A DNA stretch of 64,000 nt, from positions 141,608,001-141,672,000 of the forward strand of contig NC_043000.1 in assembly GCF_006345805.1 (NCBI RefSeq). The letters run 5' to 3'. The notes under the pieces are model-generated. The model searched no databases, was not told the DNA's origin, and was given only the letters and a program-made list of their open reading frames with translations. Below, one piece after another: positions 25,338-38,419 of this stretch (its first letter is position 1; every line of letters begins with the position of its first letter). The position numbers and the translations under genes were made by a program. Source of the stretch: Octopus sinensis (Eukaryota).

Positions 25338-25556
25338 ATTTCTTTACTACCCACAAGGAGCTAAACACAGAGGGGACAAACAAGGACAGACAAACGGATT
25401 AAGTCGATTACATCGACCCCAGTGAACTGGTACTTAATTTATCGACCCCGAAAGGATGAAAGACAAAGTCGACCTCGGCGGAACTTGAACCCAGAACTGC
25501 AGACGAAATACGGCTACGCATTTCGCCCGGCGTGCTAACGCCCAGCTCGCCGCCTT
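25338..25556 (-). mobile_element. SINE family B, complete, with Tx1-like tail
   Basis: GGCGGCGAGCTGG..TTAGCACGCCGGGCGAAATG..GGGTTCAAGTTCCGCCGAGGTCGAC..CATCCTTTCGGGGTCGATAAATTAAGTACC; tail GTCCCCTCTGTGTTTAGCTCCTTGTGGGTAGTAAAGAAAT. Confidence 0.85.
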
Positions 25557-26129
25557 CGTAAAAAAAGACAGCATGATAGTGTAGCAACAATAATCCATTG
25601 GGAACCTGGCATAGATAGATGAAAGACGTGATATGACCAAATCTCGAAAATAGTCACTGACAAAAAGTACTGCAAAAACTTGTGGGATGCAATGATTCAG
25701 TGTGACCATCAGATTGAATATAAAATAATCTGATATCGTTGAAGTGAACAGAGAAGGAAAAGAAAACATGCCTGATAATTAACATAGCATGTCCTGGTGA
25801 AAACAAGATTGAAACGAAAGAGGATGTAATAGTGAAAAACTGCAATAAATTGAAGTGGGAAAATACGCGGGTTGTGAGCAACGAATTTAGTGGAAGAGAT
25901 ATCAACAGCGACTGGTGCACTAAGAAGTATCAGTACCCAACCGCCAACAAGGCGCAAAATGATTAGAATTACTGTAAGTATAGAAATCACAAATGTTTGG
26001 AACTACAAGAGTCCTGCAGAGGTTTCTTGAAGCATGATCAGTATACAAATTTCACCTTAGCCTGTTTGCTTTGGAAAGATGACATTTTTCATCATACCCA
26101 GCAAAATAAAGCTGAGATTTTTCATGATA

Positions 26130-26585
26130 ATAACAACAATGACATCCACTTAATAAGCAGGCCACATTTTCCACACTCTTTCCACAGTGTCTGCGTTTCT
26201 GGGTGCCAGAAATTTTATAGTTGTTATACTTCACTGACTTAGTAGCGAGGGCCTGGTCTTGTGCAGCAATGATCAGGCATTCAGTGGTACGCTTCAAATT
26301 ACCTCCCTCAAGCAACGCCTACGATGCTGTATTATCCTTAACGTCCTGTGTATTCTTTTCAAACTGTTCATGTATTCGCATTTCAAGAAGGTCTTCTTTT
26401 CTCTTCTCCTCAGCTCTCTGGTTAAACTCTTCCTTGCCCATCATTTCATCTGCATTTACACCCATATCTTTCGCGGCATATTGCAGCAGGTCTTCATCAC
26501 TATCAAATACTCAGCAAGAGTTCTCCTTTCACTCCTTATAAACACTCTATATTGTTTAGTCCTCAACTACCATTCTTTATATACA
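26130..26585 (-). mobile_element. R4/Dong-clade fragment (knuckle region)
   Basis: LKRTTECLIIAAQDQALATKSVK..HCGKSVENVACLLSGC; (AAT)n(AAG)n at the 5' junction. Confidence 0.75.
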
Positions 26586-26645
26586 GTCTTCTTCTTCTTC
26601 TTCTTCTTCTTCTCTCTTCTTCTTCTTCTTCTTCTTCTTCTTCTT

Positions 26646-26732
<87 letters not shown>

Positions 26733-27190
26733 GAGTGATAGAGCAGTTCATGCCATCAAAGTGACACTGGGGTAAAACACACGAAGCCCAATATACCCAT
26801 CATGACTACCCTTCTGATAAGGGTACACCAGGCACATGCATCACAACCATATGTGCGCGACATGGTGATCTCATATCAAGATAAACAGCACATGACCTTG
26901 CAGGTGGGGCCCAGTTAGAATTTTCTTCAGGTCAAGTAGCCCATCCCACTCAAAAGTTCCCTGAATAAGGGTTGTTTAAGGATGTTGAAAGAACCACCCA
27001 TGTTTCCAGAGGTGAATTATTCAAACCCTAAAGAATCCCTCTGAAGACATGGCTATGATGCTCCTCCACTACTTCTGCTCGTGATCAGAGATGCACATAT
27101 CGTCAGCCACTAATGGACATGCTCAACTGGTTAAGGTCAAACAACTGACAAACAAATCCGTGGTATTGAGCAGAATATTTGCTGTAGCCC
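26733..27190 (-). mobile_element. Non-coding ~460 bp element between two (TAA)n tracts (putative non-autonomous retroposon)
   Basis: Complex sequence sharply bounded by (ATT)n on both sides; no credible ORF and no tRNA head; strand inferred from the (TAA)n tail as in neighbouring Dong copies. Confidence 0.5.
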
Positions 27191-27307
27191 TATTATTATT
27201 ACTATTATTATTATTATCGTTATTATTATTATTATTATATTATTATTATTACTATTTTTATTATTATCATCATCATTATTATTATTTTTTTTTTTTAATT
27301 ATTATTT

Positions 27308-29950
27308 CATGAAAACGCCCAGCTTGTTTTACTGGGTCTGATGGTAAGTGTCAGCTGTCCACAGCCCTCAGACTAAGTTGCCACTTGTTTACTGGTCATG
27401 CTTCAGGAACCCTGAGTAGAATTCTTGCAGTTCCAAACAATGCTGATTTTTGCAGGTGTTCTGTCTTTACGTTTAATGCCAGCCTTTTTCAACCTTGTTG
27501 GTAGTTGAGTGCTGATACTTTCAACTGCACCATTTACTACTGGTATCATATCTACTATCCCCATTGACACAACCGTCGTGTCTCCCACTTCAATTCGGCG
27601 TAGTTGTTCAGATTTTCCTCTTTTTCTCTTAGATCTTCTCACCGGGATATGCTGTGTCGATTATCATGCAAGTTCTTTCTTTTCTGTTCACTACAACAAT
27701 GTCCGGTTACGATGTCTAGTCTGGTGTTACGCTGAAACATTGCATCCCACAGGATTTTGCAATCTTCATTGCCGGTGACGCCTTCTGATGTTTTATCATA
27801 CCACGTCTTTGCTATTTGTAAACCTTGATATCCACAGAGCTCTTAGTGGATCATTCTTGCCACATTGTCATGTTACCTTTTCTAATTGTTGTCGGTAGTG
27901 TTGTCGAACCTGCACTTCACTAGTTAGTCCGTGACCCTAGTTCTTATGCGACGCATATAAGTGCTTTTGTCTCTATCTTCAGGACACGCCTCCTCATCCA
28001 TAGCCACCGGCATCCTATATTTTCTTGGCGTTCGTAGCTCTTGCAAACTGAATGTACATTTTTTCTCCTTCTATGCTGTTTCTTTTTGGGTGTTCCTTTT
28101 CTCTTTAAACTTTTCTTCCTTCACTCTATATTCAATTTTGATGACTCCGGACGTCTTTCGCATATTTCAACAATGGTTCCACGGTATTTTTCACATATCC
28201 CACATAGCTGATTTCCTCTGCTTCGATACAATCCTGGCAACTGATCAAACCACTCCTACACTTTCTTCTGGACAAGTACAGCCTATCGGTGTCACTCTTA
28301 GGCTGGAAGGCTCTGTGCACCGTCGACATTGTTCTTGGTTTCGTATCCATGTTCATCAGTTGTTTCTTTCGTCAGTTTATATTCTAGCTACAAACCAAAG
28401 TGATGCAATCCTCCATGTATTAACTGTTTGGATTTTATTCCTTCCTGACAATTTTGAGCGCAACACCAGTCTTAGTCTTCGGAAATATTCCATCCTCAGT
28501 TGTTCTTTCATTTCCTTCTCCATGATATCACTGAACTCTAGTATGCCCATGTATTTGTAGCCTTCTTTTCAATGTGTTTAATGAGTTCTCTATAATGTAA
28601 TTCTATCACTCGATTCTTTTCAGGTGTATTATACTACTTAATTTAAGTCCGAATTCTATTCTAATATCAGCACTAAAACAGTGGACCGTGTTCACCAAAT
28701 AACTCACTTGTACCTCATCTGTAACATAGAGCTTCAAATCATCCATAAAGAGGAGGAGATTGATCGTTTGAGATTTTCTCTTTAGATGATATCCCAGGTT
28801 CATTTTCTTAAGCACCTAGGTCAGGGGAATCATGCAAAGAACAACAAGCAACGGGCATAAGCTATCGCCTTGAAAAAAATCCCTTTCCTAATTCTCAGAG
28901 TTTGCAAGCTTTGTCCGTAGGTTGTCAACTAAGTTTTCCAACCCACCATACTTCTCTTCAAGAAACAAGTTATATTCATTTCAATTCCAAACAGATCTTA
29001 GCACTCGATGGTTCACGAATTATGGAAGATTTGCGATAATCAATCCAGGCCATTCGCAAATTTGTTCTCCTTCGTTTACAATCTTACATTACCATTTTGT
29101 CGATCAATAATTGGTCTTTGGTGTCTCTGTAACTATTCCTGCAACCTGTGTGTTCCGTCGATAGCGTATTGTTCTCAACAAGAAATTTGTACAGTTCTGC
29201 AATTAATCCTGACAGTAGCTTCCATGTTAATGGGAAGCAAGAAATTGGGTTTCAGTTATCGGCAGCATTTCCCTTTGATTCATCCTTCGGACACAACATT
29301 CTTCGTCCTTTTGTCAAGCAGCCTGGGATTTCATCTTCTTCATCGATCAATGCAATAAATTGCTCAGGAATCAATTTATGCCACCTACTGAACACTTTTT
29401 CTCAAAATCCTTCTACACCATCATGTCCAGCTGCTTACCAATTGCTTACGTTTTTATTCATATTTCTGATACTCTTTCTGTGAAGTTGATAGTTTCTTGT
29501 TGGGAGTAAAAAGCTGTTTTCTTCAAACTGAACTCTTTTACGCAAAATCCCTCCCTGTACATCAGCTCCTGCTGCTTAAGAAGCTGTCTTCTTCAGGCTG
29601 CAGAGCCTTCCAACAGTAGTATTATATTCTTTTTGCTTATGCAATATCTAACTTTAAAATTGTCGACTTCCATCGGGATCAGGTACTAAAATTTCACATT
29701 CGATATCATCATTAATTTCTTCATAAAAATGTTTTTGAACGATTCAAAGCAATTATTTTTTCCGGTATTGTTAAATCCTTGTTCAAACCACGTTAGCTCT
29801 GCTTTTTAGGAATGTAAGCGCAGTTTTAGTTCTTAAATTACAACATTCACACCTTTTATATCTATACCATTCCGCTTCAATTTTTCAGACTTGCGACCAT
29901 TCTTCAATCTTCTTTTCTTTCCTTGACAAGCATTGTCACTACACTATTCA
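27308..29950 (-). mobile_element. R4/Dong-clade LINE, long degraded copy (pre-RT, RT, knuckle, RLE, 3' UTR)
   Basis: NYRPITCL and AWID remnants, FFQGDSL.PLL.V.CMIP, INLLLFMDDLKLY, YKYMGIL, AFQPKSDTDRLYLSR, RLE IVVVN..IIDTAYPG; (TAA)-like tract at the 3' end. Confidence 0.85.
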
Positions 29951-30094
29951 CGGTGTTTGTATCTTCTGAAATTCGACTTTTCCACCAAAGTTGTTTATTT
30001 CCTCTTTTATTGGTCGATGTCCTATACTTAATCGTTTTCAATGCCATCGTTTCTGTCGCAATCCTACTTGTAGCGTTTATTAATATTATTATGA

Positions 30095-30906
30095 TAATGT
30101 TTTTTTCTTTCTTTCTTCAAATTTTCTTCCGTTTCTCGCCGAGTGTTTTCCATACATCTAGGGCAGAGAAGGGAATTGCATGCATTCTCAGATTACACGC
30201 GCAAGTTCACAGATAAAATATGTATTTAAAAATTAACAAACAATTAAATTCATGGATAAATGTTATTTTCACAGCAATAGTGCTCTTCTCAGTACATGGG
30301 CCGTTCCAGTTAATACGATTTTTTGCACTTCCTGCAGGGATGGTAAGCCTGGAATCATTTTCAAATAGGTTTCAGTACCTTTTTTTTATCATTCCTAGAG
30401 ATCCTACAATCACTGGTACTGTAGTCGCCTTGAGATGTCACATTTTTTTTCAATTTCTTTTAGCAGGTCTTTATATTTACTAATCTTGTCAAATTCTTTC
30501 GCCACTATATTGTGATCACAGGGAATACTCATGTCAATTGATAAACACATCCTTTTTGTCTGATCTTTTATAATAATATCCGGTTTATTAGCTTTTATAG
30601 TTCTGTCGGTCTGCACGGGGAAGTCCCATAGAATCGACACATCTTCTTCCTCAGTCACAGCTTCAGGATGATGTTTATACCATTTGTCAGCGGTTTTGAT
30701 TTTATAATGCCGACATATTGTCCAATGTAAATACTGGCCGACTCTGTCATGTCTTGCTTTATATTCTGCAGGTGCTAAGACTCTACACCTGAGATTAGGT
30801 GGTCTATTGTTTCAATCTCATCATTAAAGAATCGGCATTTTAGGTCAGCTCCATTTTTCATCACATTGGCTTGGTAGTTCCGGGCTATTAAGCTTTGGTC
30901 TTGAGC
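30095..30906 (-). mobile_element. R4/Dong-clade LINE 3' end (knuckle + RLE)
   Basis: AQDQSLIARNYQ..CRFFNDEIETIDHLISG..RHDRVGQYLHW; ILWDFPVQTDRTIKANKPDIIIKD..IDMSIPCD..KISKYKDL. Confidence 0.88.
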
Positions 30907-30927
30907 ATATTATTATTATTATTATTA

Positions 30928-31879
30928 TTCTATGTTTGACTTTTGCTTTATGTCTGTACAAGTTGGCTCCAAGTCTCACCCAGAGACCTCAAGAGACAAC
31001 AGGTTGGAAGTTCTGTGCCATATATTTGGTTTTTTTGGTTTTTTTGGTGTTGTACAAGTGAATGTCTAATACATAAAAAAAAAAAATAAATAAAAAAGTT
31101 TGTTTTAAACCTTGGGATTACATAGAGAGTATTTTGCGTAGGATATGAGCAGTTCCCATGAGCACTATCTTTTGAATTTCTGCCATTTTGGGGTTTCCTG
31201 GTATGTGAGTTAGGTAGCAATCAGTCCCTTTCGCTATCATTCCCAGGGCACCTATGACAACAGGTATTGTTTTAGTCTTCAGCTTCCACATTTTTTCTGA
31301 TTTCTATTTCAAGATCTTTATATTTGCTCAGTTTTTGGTAGGTCTTGACAGATACGTTTATATCGATTGGGACAGTCATATCAATGAGGAGGCATGTTCT
31401 TTGTCTGAAGTCTTTCAATATAATGTCTGGCTTATTTGCATCTATCTTCCTGTCAGTTTGAATGGTGAAGTTCCAGAGGAGTGAGATGTGGTCATTTTCA
31501 AGCACAGGAGGTGGATTGTGTTCCCACCAGTTTTTTTCATGGGGCAAATCCAGGTGTTTGCAAATTACCCAGTGAATATATTGTGCAGCTCTATCATGCC
31601 TACTGAGGTACTCTGTAGGCGATAGAAGACTGCATTTGGAGACAACATGGTCAATGGTTTCATTTTGTTGTCAGCATACACGACATGTTGGGCTACTGCC
31701 GTTCTTTAATATGTTGGCCTGGTAGTTTCTTGTTGGTAGGCATTGATCTTGAGCTGCTATGATAAACCCCTCTGTTTCAGATTTTAAGCCAGAGGCCATT
31801 AGCCATTGATGGGTCAGGGCTTTGTCGATATCTGCATTATTCGCTCTCTTTGGGTATTTGCCATAGAGAGGTTTTTCTT

Positions 31880-31880
<1 letters not shown>
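30928..31880 (-). mobile_element. R4/Dong-clade LINE 3' end, young subfamily
   Basis: SGLKSETEGFIIAAQDQCLPTRNYQ..; LLWNFTIQTDRKIDANKPDIILKD..LIDMTVP..KLSKYKDLEIE; near-identical to 40618-41613; (TAA)n tail. Confidence 0.9.
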
Positions 31881-31910
<30 letters not shown>

Positions 31911-31934
31911 TTATTATTATTATTATTATTATTA

Positions 31935-33135
31935 TGTTTATAGCGTGCTTTGACTTCGCTACCGAGCGCAGCTCTGTGTACCTTGGGTATGTGCAGTGAT
32001 TCGTTGTGATGCTCTGATGGTTACTGTATTGAAAGTGTTTTGCGTAGGATGTGTGCAGTACCCAGTAGTGCAATTTTCTGTATGTTATATATATTTGTAA
32101 GTCCTGGTGTTTTTGTTATGTATTTGTCTGAATATTTTTTTATCATGCCTAATGCGCCCACTATGATAGGAATTGTCTCTGGTTTTAGATTCCACATTCG
32201 AGTTACCTCTATTTCCAGGTCTTTGTATTTTGAAAGTTTTTCCATTTCTTTTAGAGACACGTTGCCATCTGCTGGTATTGATACATCAATTAGAAAGCAT
32301 TTTTTTCCTTCATGATCTCTGACAACTATATCTGGTCTGTTGGCCTTAATTTCTCTATCTGTGTGTTTTGGCATATCCCAGAATATGGTTGCTTTCTCGT
32401 TTTCTGTGACCTTTACTGGTGTGTGCCTATACCATCTTTTTTCTGTTGTTATTCCATAATGTTGGCATAGCTTCCAGTGTATGTAGCTCCCAACTCTGTC
32501 GTGTCTGTGAATATATTCCTTCTTAGCCAGGACTGGGCAGCCAGAGATAATATGATTTATTGTTTCTTGTCCATCTCCACATATTCTGCAGTTACTTGTT
32601 ATATTTCTTTTCATTACATGTTTTTGGTAATTTCTGGTGGGAAGACTTTGGTCTTGTGCTGAAATTAAAAATCCCTTAGTCTCTGCTTTGAGTCCTGAGC
32701 TTCTCAACCATTGCGCAGATTTTTCTCTGTCTATTTCTTTTGCATGTAGTTTAGTCTAGTATTTGCAATGAAGGGGCTTTTGTTGCCATCGTTTTATCAT
32801 GGTCCGTTGCTGTTCTAGTTTTAGTTGGGATTTCATTTGTTTTATAGCTTTTGTTGTATCTTCTTCTTCTTCTTCTTCTTCTCTTCTTCTTCTTCTTCTT
32901 CTTCTTCTTCTTCTTCTTTTTTTTTTTTTATTTGTCAGCTTCCTTAAATACTGAGAACAGTTTTTTGTTTAGCTCGTGTTTTGCCGTTATTTGTATTAGT
33001 TTTCCTTGCTTCTGAAGTAGATATCGTTGCAGTCCTATAGTTTCCCAGCTGTATAAGGCCTCTACCAACTTCTATACGTTGTATATATAGCCTTTCTATG
33101 TCAGACTTTGGGTGATGCATCCTAGATCCTGTGAT
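31935..33135 (-). mobile_element. R4/Dong-clade LINE 3' end, another subfamily, with internal (AAG)n expansion
   Basis: HPKSDIERLYIQRIEVGRGL upstream; intact knuckle + RLE frame; 3' UTR followed by (TAA)n. Confidence 0.9.
32021..32707 (-). pseudogene. Dong C-terminal CCHC zinc knuckle + restriction-like (PD-D/ExK) endonuclease, open 228 aa fragment
   Basis: CRICGDGQETINHIISGC, RHD, ANRPDIVV, LIDVSIP, EKLSKYKDL, LLGTAHILRK. Confidence 0.9.
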
Positions 33136-34007
33136 TATTTTTTTGTTTCCTGTCTATTTTGGTTATTATTTTATCAAACTATAGGGATATTACCAACTAT
33201 CCAAGCAAAATATCTAGAGAGAAAGAGAGAGAGGGGTGGTAAGAGTAAGAAAGAGAGAGAGGGGGTAGAGAGTAAAAAAGAGAGAGAAAAGTGATCTTCA
33301 AAACGATTGTGTCATGCTTTTAATTTGGTTGATGATTTCGTATTTTATAAAAAGCTATGACGACTTTAGTCAGTAAGTTCATAGTATGTGTCACCTTTGA
33401 TTTTGCGGGAAACTTATGATGCGTTCACTTCTATTCTTAACCTCCTGGAGCTTGTTACATAAGTCTTGGGAAATTCTGCCATGCTTTTCATACTTCGCTT
33501 GTGAACAATAATATATTTGTACCTATAAACCACTTTGGATATCTTATGAATTTCTCTAGTTTCCGAGTTATTGATAATGTTGCGATTAGTTAGATTACCT
33601 TCAAAGCATAATGTTCAATATGGCTACTCACAAAGTGTAAGGTAACAATAACGGATGAAAGAAATACGAAAGGTGCTTATGTTGTCCAAATTTCGAAGGT
33701 AATACACCCCGGTAAAGGTAGAGTACACTGCCTTCTGGCCTGCAAGGATTTTTGCTTTGCCGTTACATTTTGAAAAGTTTCTTGTTAAATTGGGTGACGC
33801 TGTATTTTTAATGTCCTTGGCTATTTATATACATAGGCACAGGAGTGGTGTGTGGTAAGTAGCTTGTTTACCAACCACATGGTTCCGGGTTCAGTCCCAC
33901 TGCGTGGCACCTTGGGCAGGTGTCTTCTACTATAGCCTCGGGTCGACCAAAGCCTTGTGAGTGGATTTGGTAGACGGAAGCTGAAAGAAGCCCGTCGTAT
34001 ATATGTA

Positions 34008-34058
<51 letters not shown>

Positions 34059-34059
<1 letters not shown>

Positions 34060-36435
34060 CGGGAAGCTTTATGAAAATAGACAAAAGACGAAGGCAGGTG
34101 GAAAACAAACAACAAATTGTATTAGTATGGCGCTCAGGAAATATAAATAAAACAAGTCTTTAACGTTTCGAGCCTACGCTCTTCAACAGAAAGATACACA
34201 GAGAGAAAAAAAACACAGAAAGAAGGAGAGAAAAAAAATGCGTGCAGTAACTAATGAATCAACATGGCGATCTGATTTCGGCCAGAGGTCAAAGATCAAA
34301 CATGAGACGAGAGCGAAATAAGGGGAGATAATAGGATTGATAATAGGGTTGAATGACCCTAGGATAGGTCTGGACAGGCGTATGTATGGGGTTGGTGTAT
34401 GTATTAGTATGTATTAGTATGTAAGTACGTATTAGTATGTATAAGTGTGTGTGTGTGTGTATGAGAGAGTATAAGTGCGTATGAGGGGTCTGGACGTGTG
34501 TATGTATAGGGTTGGTGTATGTATGTATTAGTACGTATTAGTATGTATTAGTTGGTGTATGTATTAGTATGGCACATCATATATGATGTGATATGTAAAG
34601 TCGTGTGTGTAGTGAGGAGAAGAGGGGAGGGGAGAGAGGGGGGAGAAGGGGAAGGGGAGGAGAGGGGGAAGAGGAGAGGAGGGGGAGAGAGAGGAGGGGA
34701 GAAGGAGAAGGAAGGGGAGGGAGGGGAGGAAAGAGGGGGAGAGAAAGGGAGTGAGGGAGCAGAGGAAGGGGAAGGGGAAGGAGGGAGGGAAAAGAGGGAA
34801 GAAGGGAAGGGAAGGGGTGAAAGGATGAAGGACTGAAGAAGTAGGGGTCGGGGGTGAAGGATAGGTGAGGAGGGGGAGAGGGGGGTTAGATGAGGAGGGG
34901 GGAGAGTTGAGACCAAATGGCGTATAAGAGCGAAGAAGAGAGAAGATTAATTCCTGTTCACGGCGCAAACGGGAATCCGGATGGCCTCTGTGTAAGGACA
35001 AACCGAACACAGATAGGTGTTGCAAGGAGTGACCGGTGGAGCGGAAATGGCGTGAGACCGGTGTGTCGTTCGCAAGGTGGATGTCACGAAGGTGTTCCGC
35101 GAACCGGTCAGCCAAGCGGCGTCCCGTTTGTCCGATGTACAAGGAATTGCAGAGAGAGCAAGAGACGCAATAGATAACATTGCTGGAGGTGCAGATGAAG
35201 GAGTGGATGATGGGATAGGGTCGATGGTGGGTGCTAGTGAGGCAACGTGGGCGGGAGCAGGGGAACGAGCCGGGTTGGGAGGTAGGGTCAGGGAAGGAGC
35301 TATGGACCAAAAGGTCTCGAAGGTTGTGGGCTCGTTTGAAAGAGGGGAGGGGTATGTTAGGGAAGAGGTGTGAAGTGGACGGGTCGGACTGGAGATGACG
35401 GAAAGCTCGAAGAATGGTGCGTTGGAGACGTAGGGTCGTGGGGTGGTAATTGAGGGGAAAAGGGAGGCGGGAGACTACAGGGCAGGTTCGGGGAGAGAGA
35501 GCAGATACACGGTCCACGGACCGTGCTCTGGCAAGGGCGGTGTGGATAGTGGTGAGGGGGTATCCACGTAGGGTGAAGTGGTGAGCCATACGTTGAGACT
35601 GAGTCTCAAAGTCATGGTCGTCACTACAGAGCCTACGTAGACGGAGGAATTGGGAATAGGGGATGGAAAGCTTGGTGTGTTCTGGGTGGGAGGAAGAGAA
35701 GTTGAGGTATGAGTGTGAGTCTGTGTGTTTGTAGTGAATGGAGGTGGTAAGAGTGGTGGAGTGAAGAATGCTAACCGAAATGTCGAGGAAGGAGACAGAG
35801 GTTGGAGATAGTGGAAGTGAAGTGGAGGGTGGATGGAAAGATTGGACGAAAGAGAGGAAGGAATCTAGATGTTCACGGGAGAGTGAGGTGGCACCGATAA
35901 TGTCGTCAATGTAACGACCATATAGTTCAGGAGTGGGACCAGTGAAATTAGAGAATATTTGGGCCTCAACATAGCCAACGAACAGGTTCGCATAGTTGGG
36001 GCCCATTCGCGTTCCCATGGCCACTCCGAGACCTGATGGTAGAACTCGCCCGCGAACGAGAAACAGTTCAGAGTAAGGACAAGTTCGGCCAGACGAATGA
36101 GTGTGGAGGGGTGTCAGGTACAGGGTTAGAGCGGAGGTCAAGAAAGTGTCGAAGGCCTGCAGTCCTTCGTGGTGAGGGATAACAGTATAGAGGCTTTGGA
36201 TGTCCATAGTAAAAAGGATTTTGGAGGAGCGGGAGGAAAGGAGAAAGAGTTGAAAAGCCGCGGAGAAACATGGTTGGTATCGTGGATGTGGGAGGGAAGA
36301 GATGCCACTAGGGAGGCAAGGACACGGTCGAGGTATTTAGAGATGAGCTCCGTGGGGCAGTTACAGGCGGAGACGATGGGGCGGCCAGGGTTGTTGGGTT
36401 TGTGGATTTTGGGGAGGAAGTAAATGGTGGGGGTG
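34059..36435 (-). mobile_element. 5'-truncated copy of the PLE at 3804
   Basis: Very high identity to 3804-6355; ORF 34564-36207 covers RT C-half, linker and GIY-YIG; same 3' end ACGGGAAGC next to (TA)n. Confidence 0.93.
34157..34194 (-). ncRNA. Minimal hammerhead, variant core CUGUUGA (identical to 3904-3941)
   Basis: Identical 38-nt motif. Confidence 0.7.
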
Positions 36436-38419
36436 TGTGTTTGTTTGTCTGTGTTTGCCCCCTAGCATTGCTTGACAACCGATGCTGGTGTGTTTATGTC
36501 CCCGTCACTTAGCGGTTCGGCAAAAGAGACCGATAGAATAAGTACTGGGCTTACAAAAGAATAAGTCTCGGGGTCAAGTTGCTCGATTAAACGCGGTGTT
36601 CCAGCATGGCCGCAGTCAAATGACTGAAACATGTAAAAGAGTAAAAGAGTATAAACCTGTTAAACTTGATATTTGAAATCTTTAGCAAAGTTATGATGTT
36701 TGATCCAAACCTGAAACGGAAACAAATTTGATGACTGACATATTAACAACTAAAGAGCAAAACCTCTAAGTTTTGCTCTTTGGGGGAAGCTTCTAACTAC
36801 AGAGCATCTTTCTGCTTCAATTCAAGTAGAAAGCATGTCGTGTAGATTCTATACGATAAAGCCTCTGACTATAGCGCATCCAACTGAGCATCATTCACCT
36901 CCAATCCAAGTACAAATCATATCTCTCTACATGTTTTGCAAAAGTCATCATTGAGTACCGAAAGGCACTGAAGTGAACTTATAACTTCCCATTGCTTCGG
37001 TGAAATAAGTCTATGCATGGTTTCATAACAACTGTGTTGAGTGCAGTAGCACTTTTATGGGGGGGGGGATATGCAGTGGCACTTTTATGGGGAGGGTGGA
37101 TATGATTAATGCAACAAATATTCTTTCTATCTGCTTCATTGTCCTTGATAGAAATGTGTAAGTTTATTGCAGCGTTTTCTCTGCCTTAGAACAAATATTA
37201 CAGCGTCTGAGCCCTTAATCACATATTTTTGAGATATATTTGATGGAATTTATTACAATACTGAATAAAACATTGATGCGTATATCCGAGGTAGTAGGAA
37301 AATTATACGTCGAATTTTGATTCTGTGCAGTTTAAACAAACGTTTTACCCCTTTGATACCCTTTGTTTTTTTGGGGGTTTTTTGGTTTGTTGTAAGACGG
37401 ATAGCTATTTTAGCCTCATTGGATTCCCATAGTAACTGATCTTCGGAAACTTTTGGTGCATTTGTTGTTTTCCATGCTAAGCGACTTTCTGTTGGGGACA
37501 CCACAGTGGTCATGACACATCTTAGTTTTAAAATGTTTAATCACTGTTCCTCTCCTCATGATCTGAAAGCTCTGCAGATATGAAAGAATCCATTTAATGA
37601 AAAGGGGATTTTATTTGAAAGGCAGAACAAAATATGTGCATGTAGTAAATCCTCTTTCTCTATGATGGTTTTCATGGAACCATCATTCGATGAACCAATT
37701 TCTTGTAAAGCTGAAGGCTAAATTTGGTCGTGACCGCAAATTTAACTGGCACCCACAAAATTTATCTTTCTGCTTAAATTAATTAGCGTCAGCTCAGATT
37801 TTAATTTGGGTAAGTGACAGGCGTACGAGTATCATGATCACAATCAGCTCTACATTAGTCAAGTTTTCTGTTAAGCTATCACATTGCCACTGATTTCTAG
37901 AATAAAAGAGAAATGAGGGAGGTGTTTCTAATAATAATAGAGCAGCAGAAAAATAAAAAGCGGAGCCTTTAACGAGAGAGAGAGAGAGAGAGAGAGGAAG
38001 GGAGAGAGAAAAAGAAAGACAGAGAGAGAGAGAGAGAGAGAAAGATTCAGAGAAGATAGAATGTAAAAAATGTAAAAGTAGGAAAATATAAAGATAAAGA
38101 AAAGTAGTTAGCAATAGAAACTCAAGAGAGCAAGGGGAGAGAAAGGCTGAAGGCTTGCAATGGGAAGGCAAGAAAGGTAGAATAGTAAAACGATTGACCG
38201 CAATAGACATGAGATAGAGGTAAAAATGGAAGTACATATAAGTGTATATAATAGATGAGTAAAGGTTTAGTTGACGGTTGCACTGTGAAAGTGATAAAAA
38301 GAGCATTTATATATGTAACTGGAAATAATGCAAAATTTCTTCCAGAGCCTCCTAGTAGGTTTAGAAACTTTCAACAATTAAAAAGAAACACTACTGTGAG
38401 TAAAACAATTCGCAAGCAA

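Larger units (their letters stand above)
23613..26040 (+). mobile_element. R4/Dong-clade LINE 3' half (RT to RLE), degraded, interrupted by a MITE and a SINE
   Basis: QLLIDK..AWID..KAYDMILHSWIIECL..ILQGDNLSPSLFVLCLIPL..INHLFFMDDLKL; HPKSDIEQ.YL; later WD..IQCDH..DIV..IACPG remnants; (TAA)n at the 5' junction (23539-23612). Confidence 0.8.
33836..36650 (+). mobile_element. SINE family A split by a PLE insertion (head 33836-34000, tail 36436-36650)
   Basis: Head ends GAAGCCCGTCG(TA)n; 3' half starts GTGTGTTTGTTTGTCTGTGTTTGCCCCCTAGC directly after the PLE. Confidence 0.85.

Noticed and set aside
28315-28345. Minus-strand CTGATGA..GAAAC
   Set aside because: Lies in Dong coding sequence and lacks stem II pairing; chance match.
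33330-37800. Possible decayed TE sequence at 33330-33830 and 36660-37800 (also 53100-53400, 47830-48050)
   Set aside because: Only vague resemblance; could not be assigned to a family from the sequence alone.
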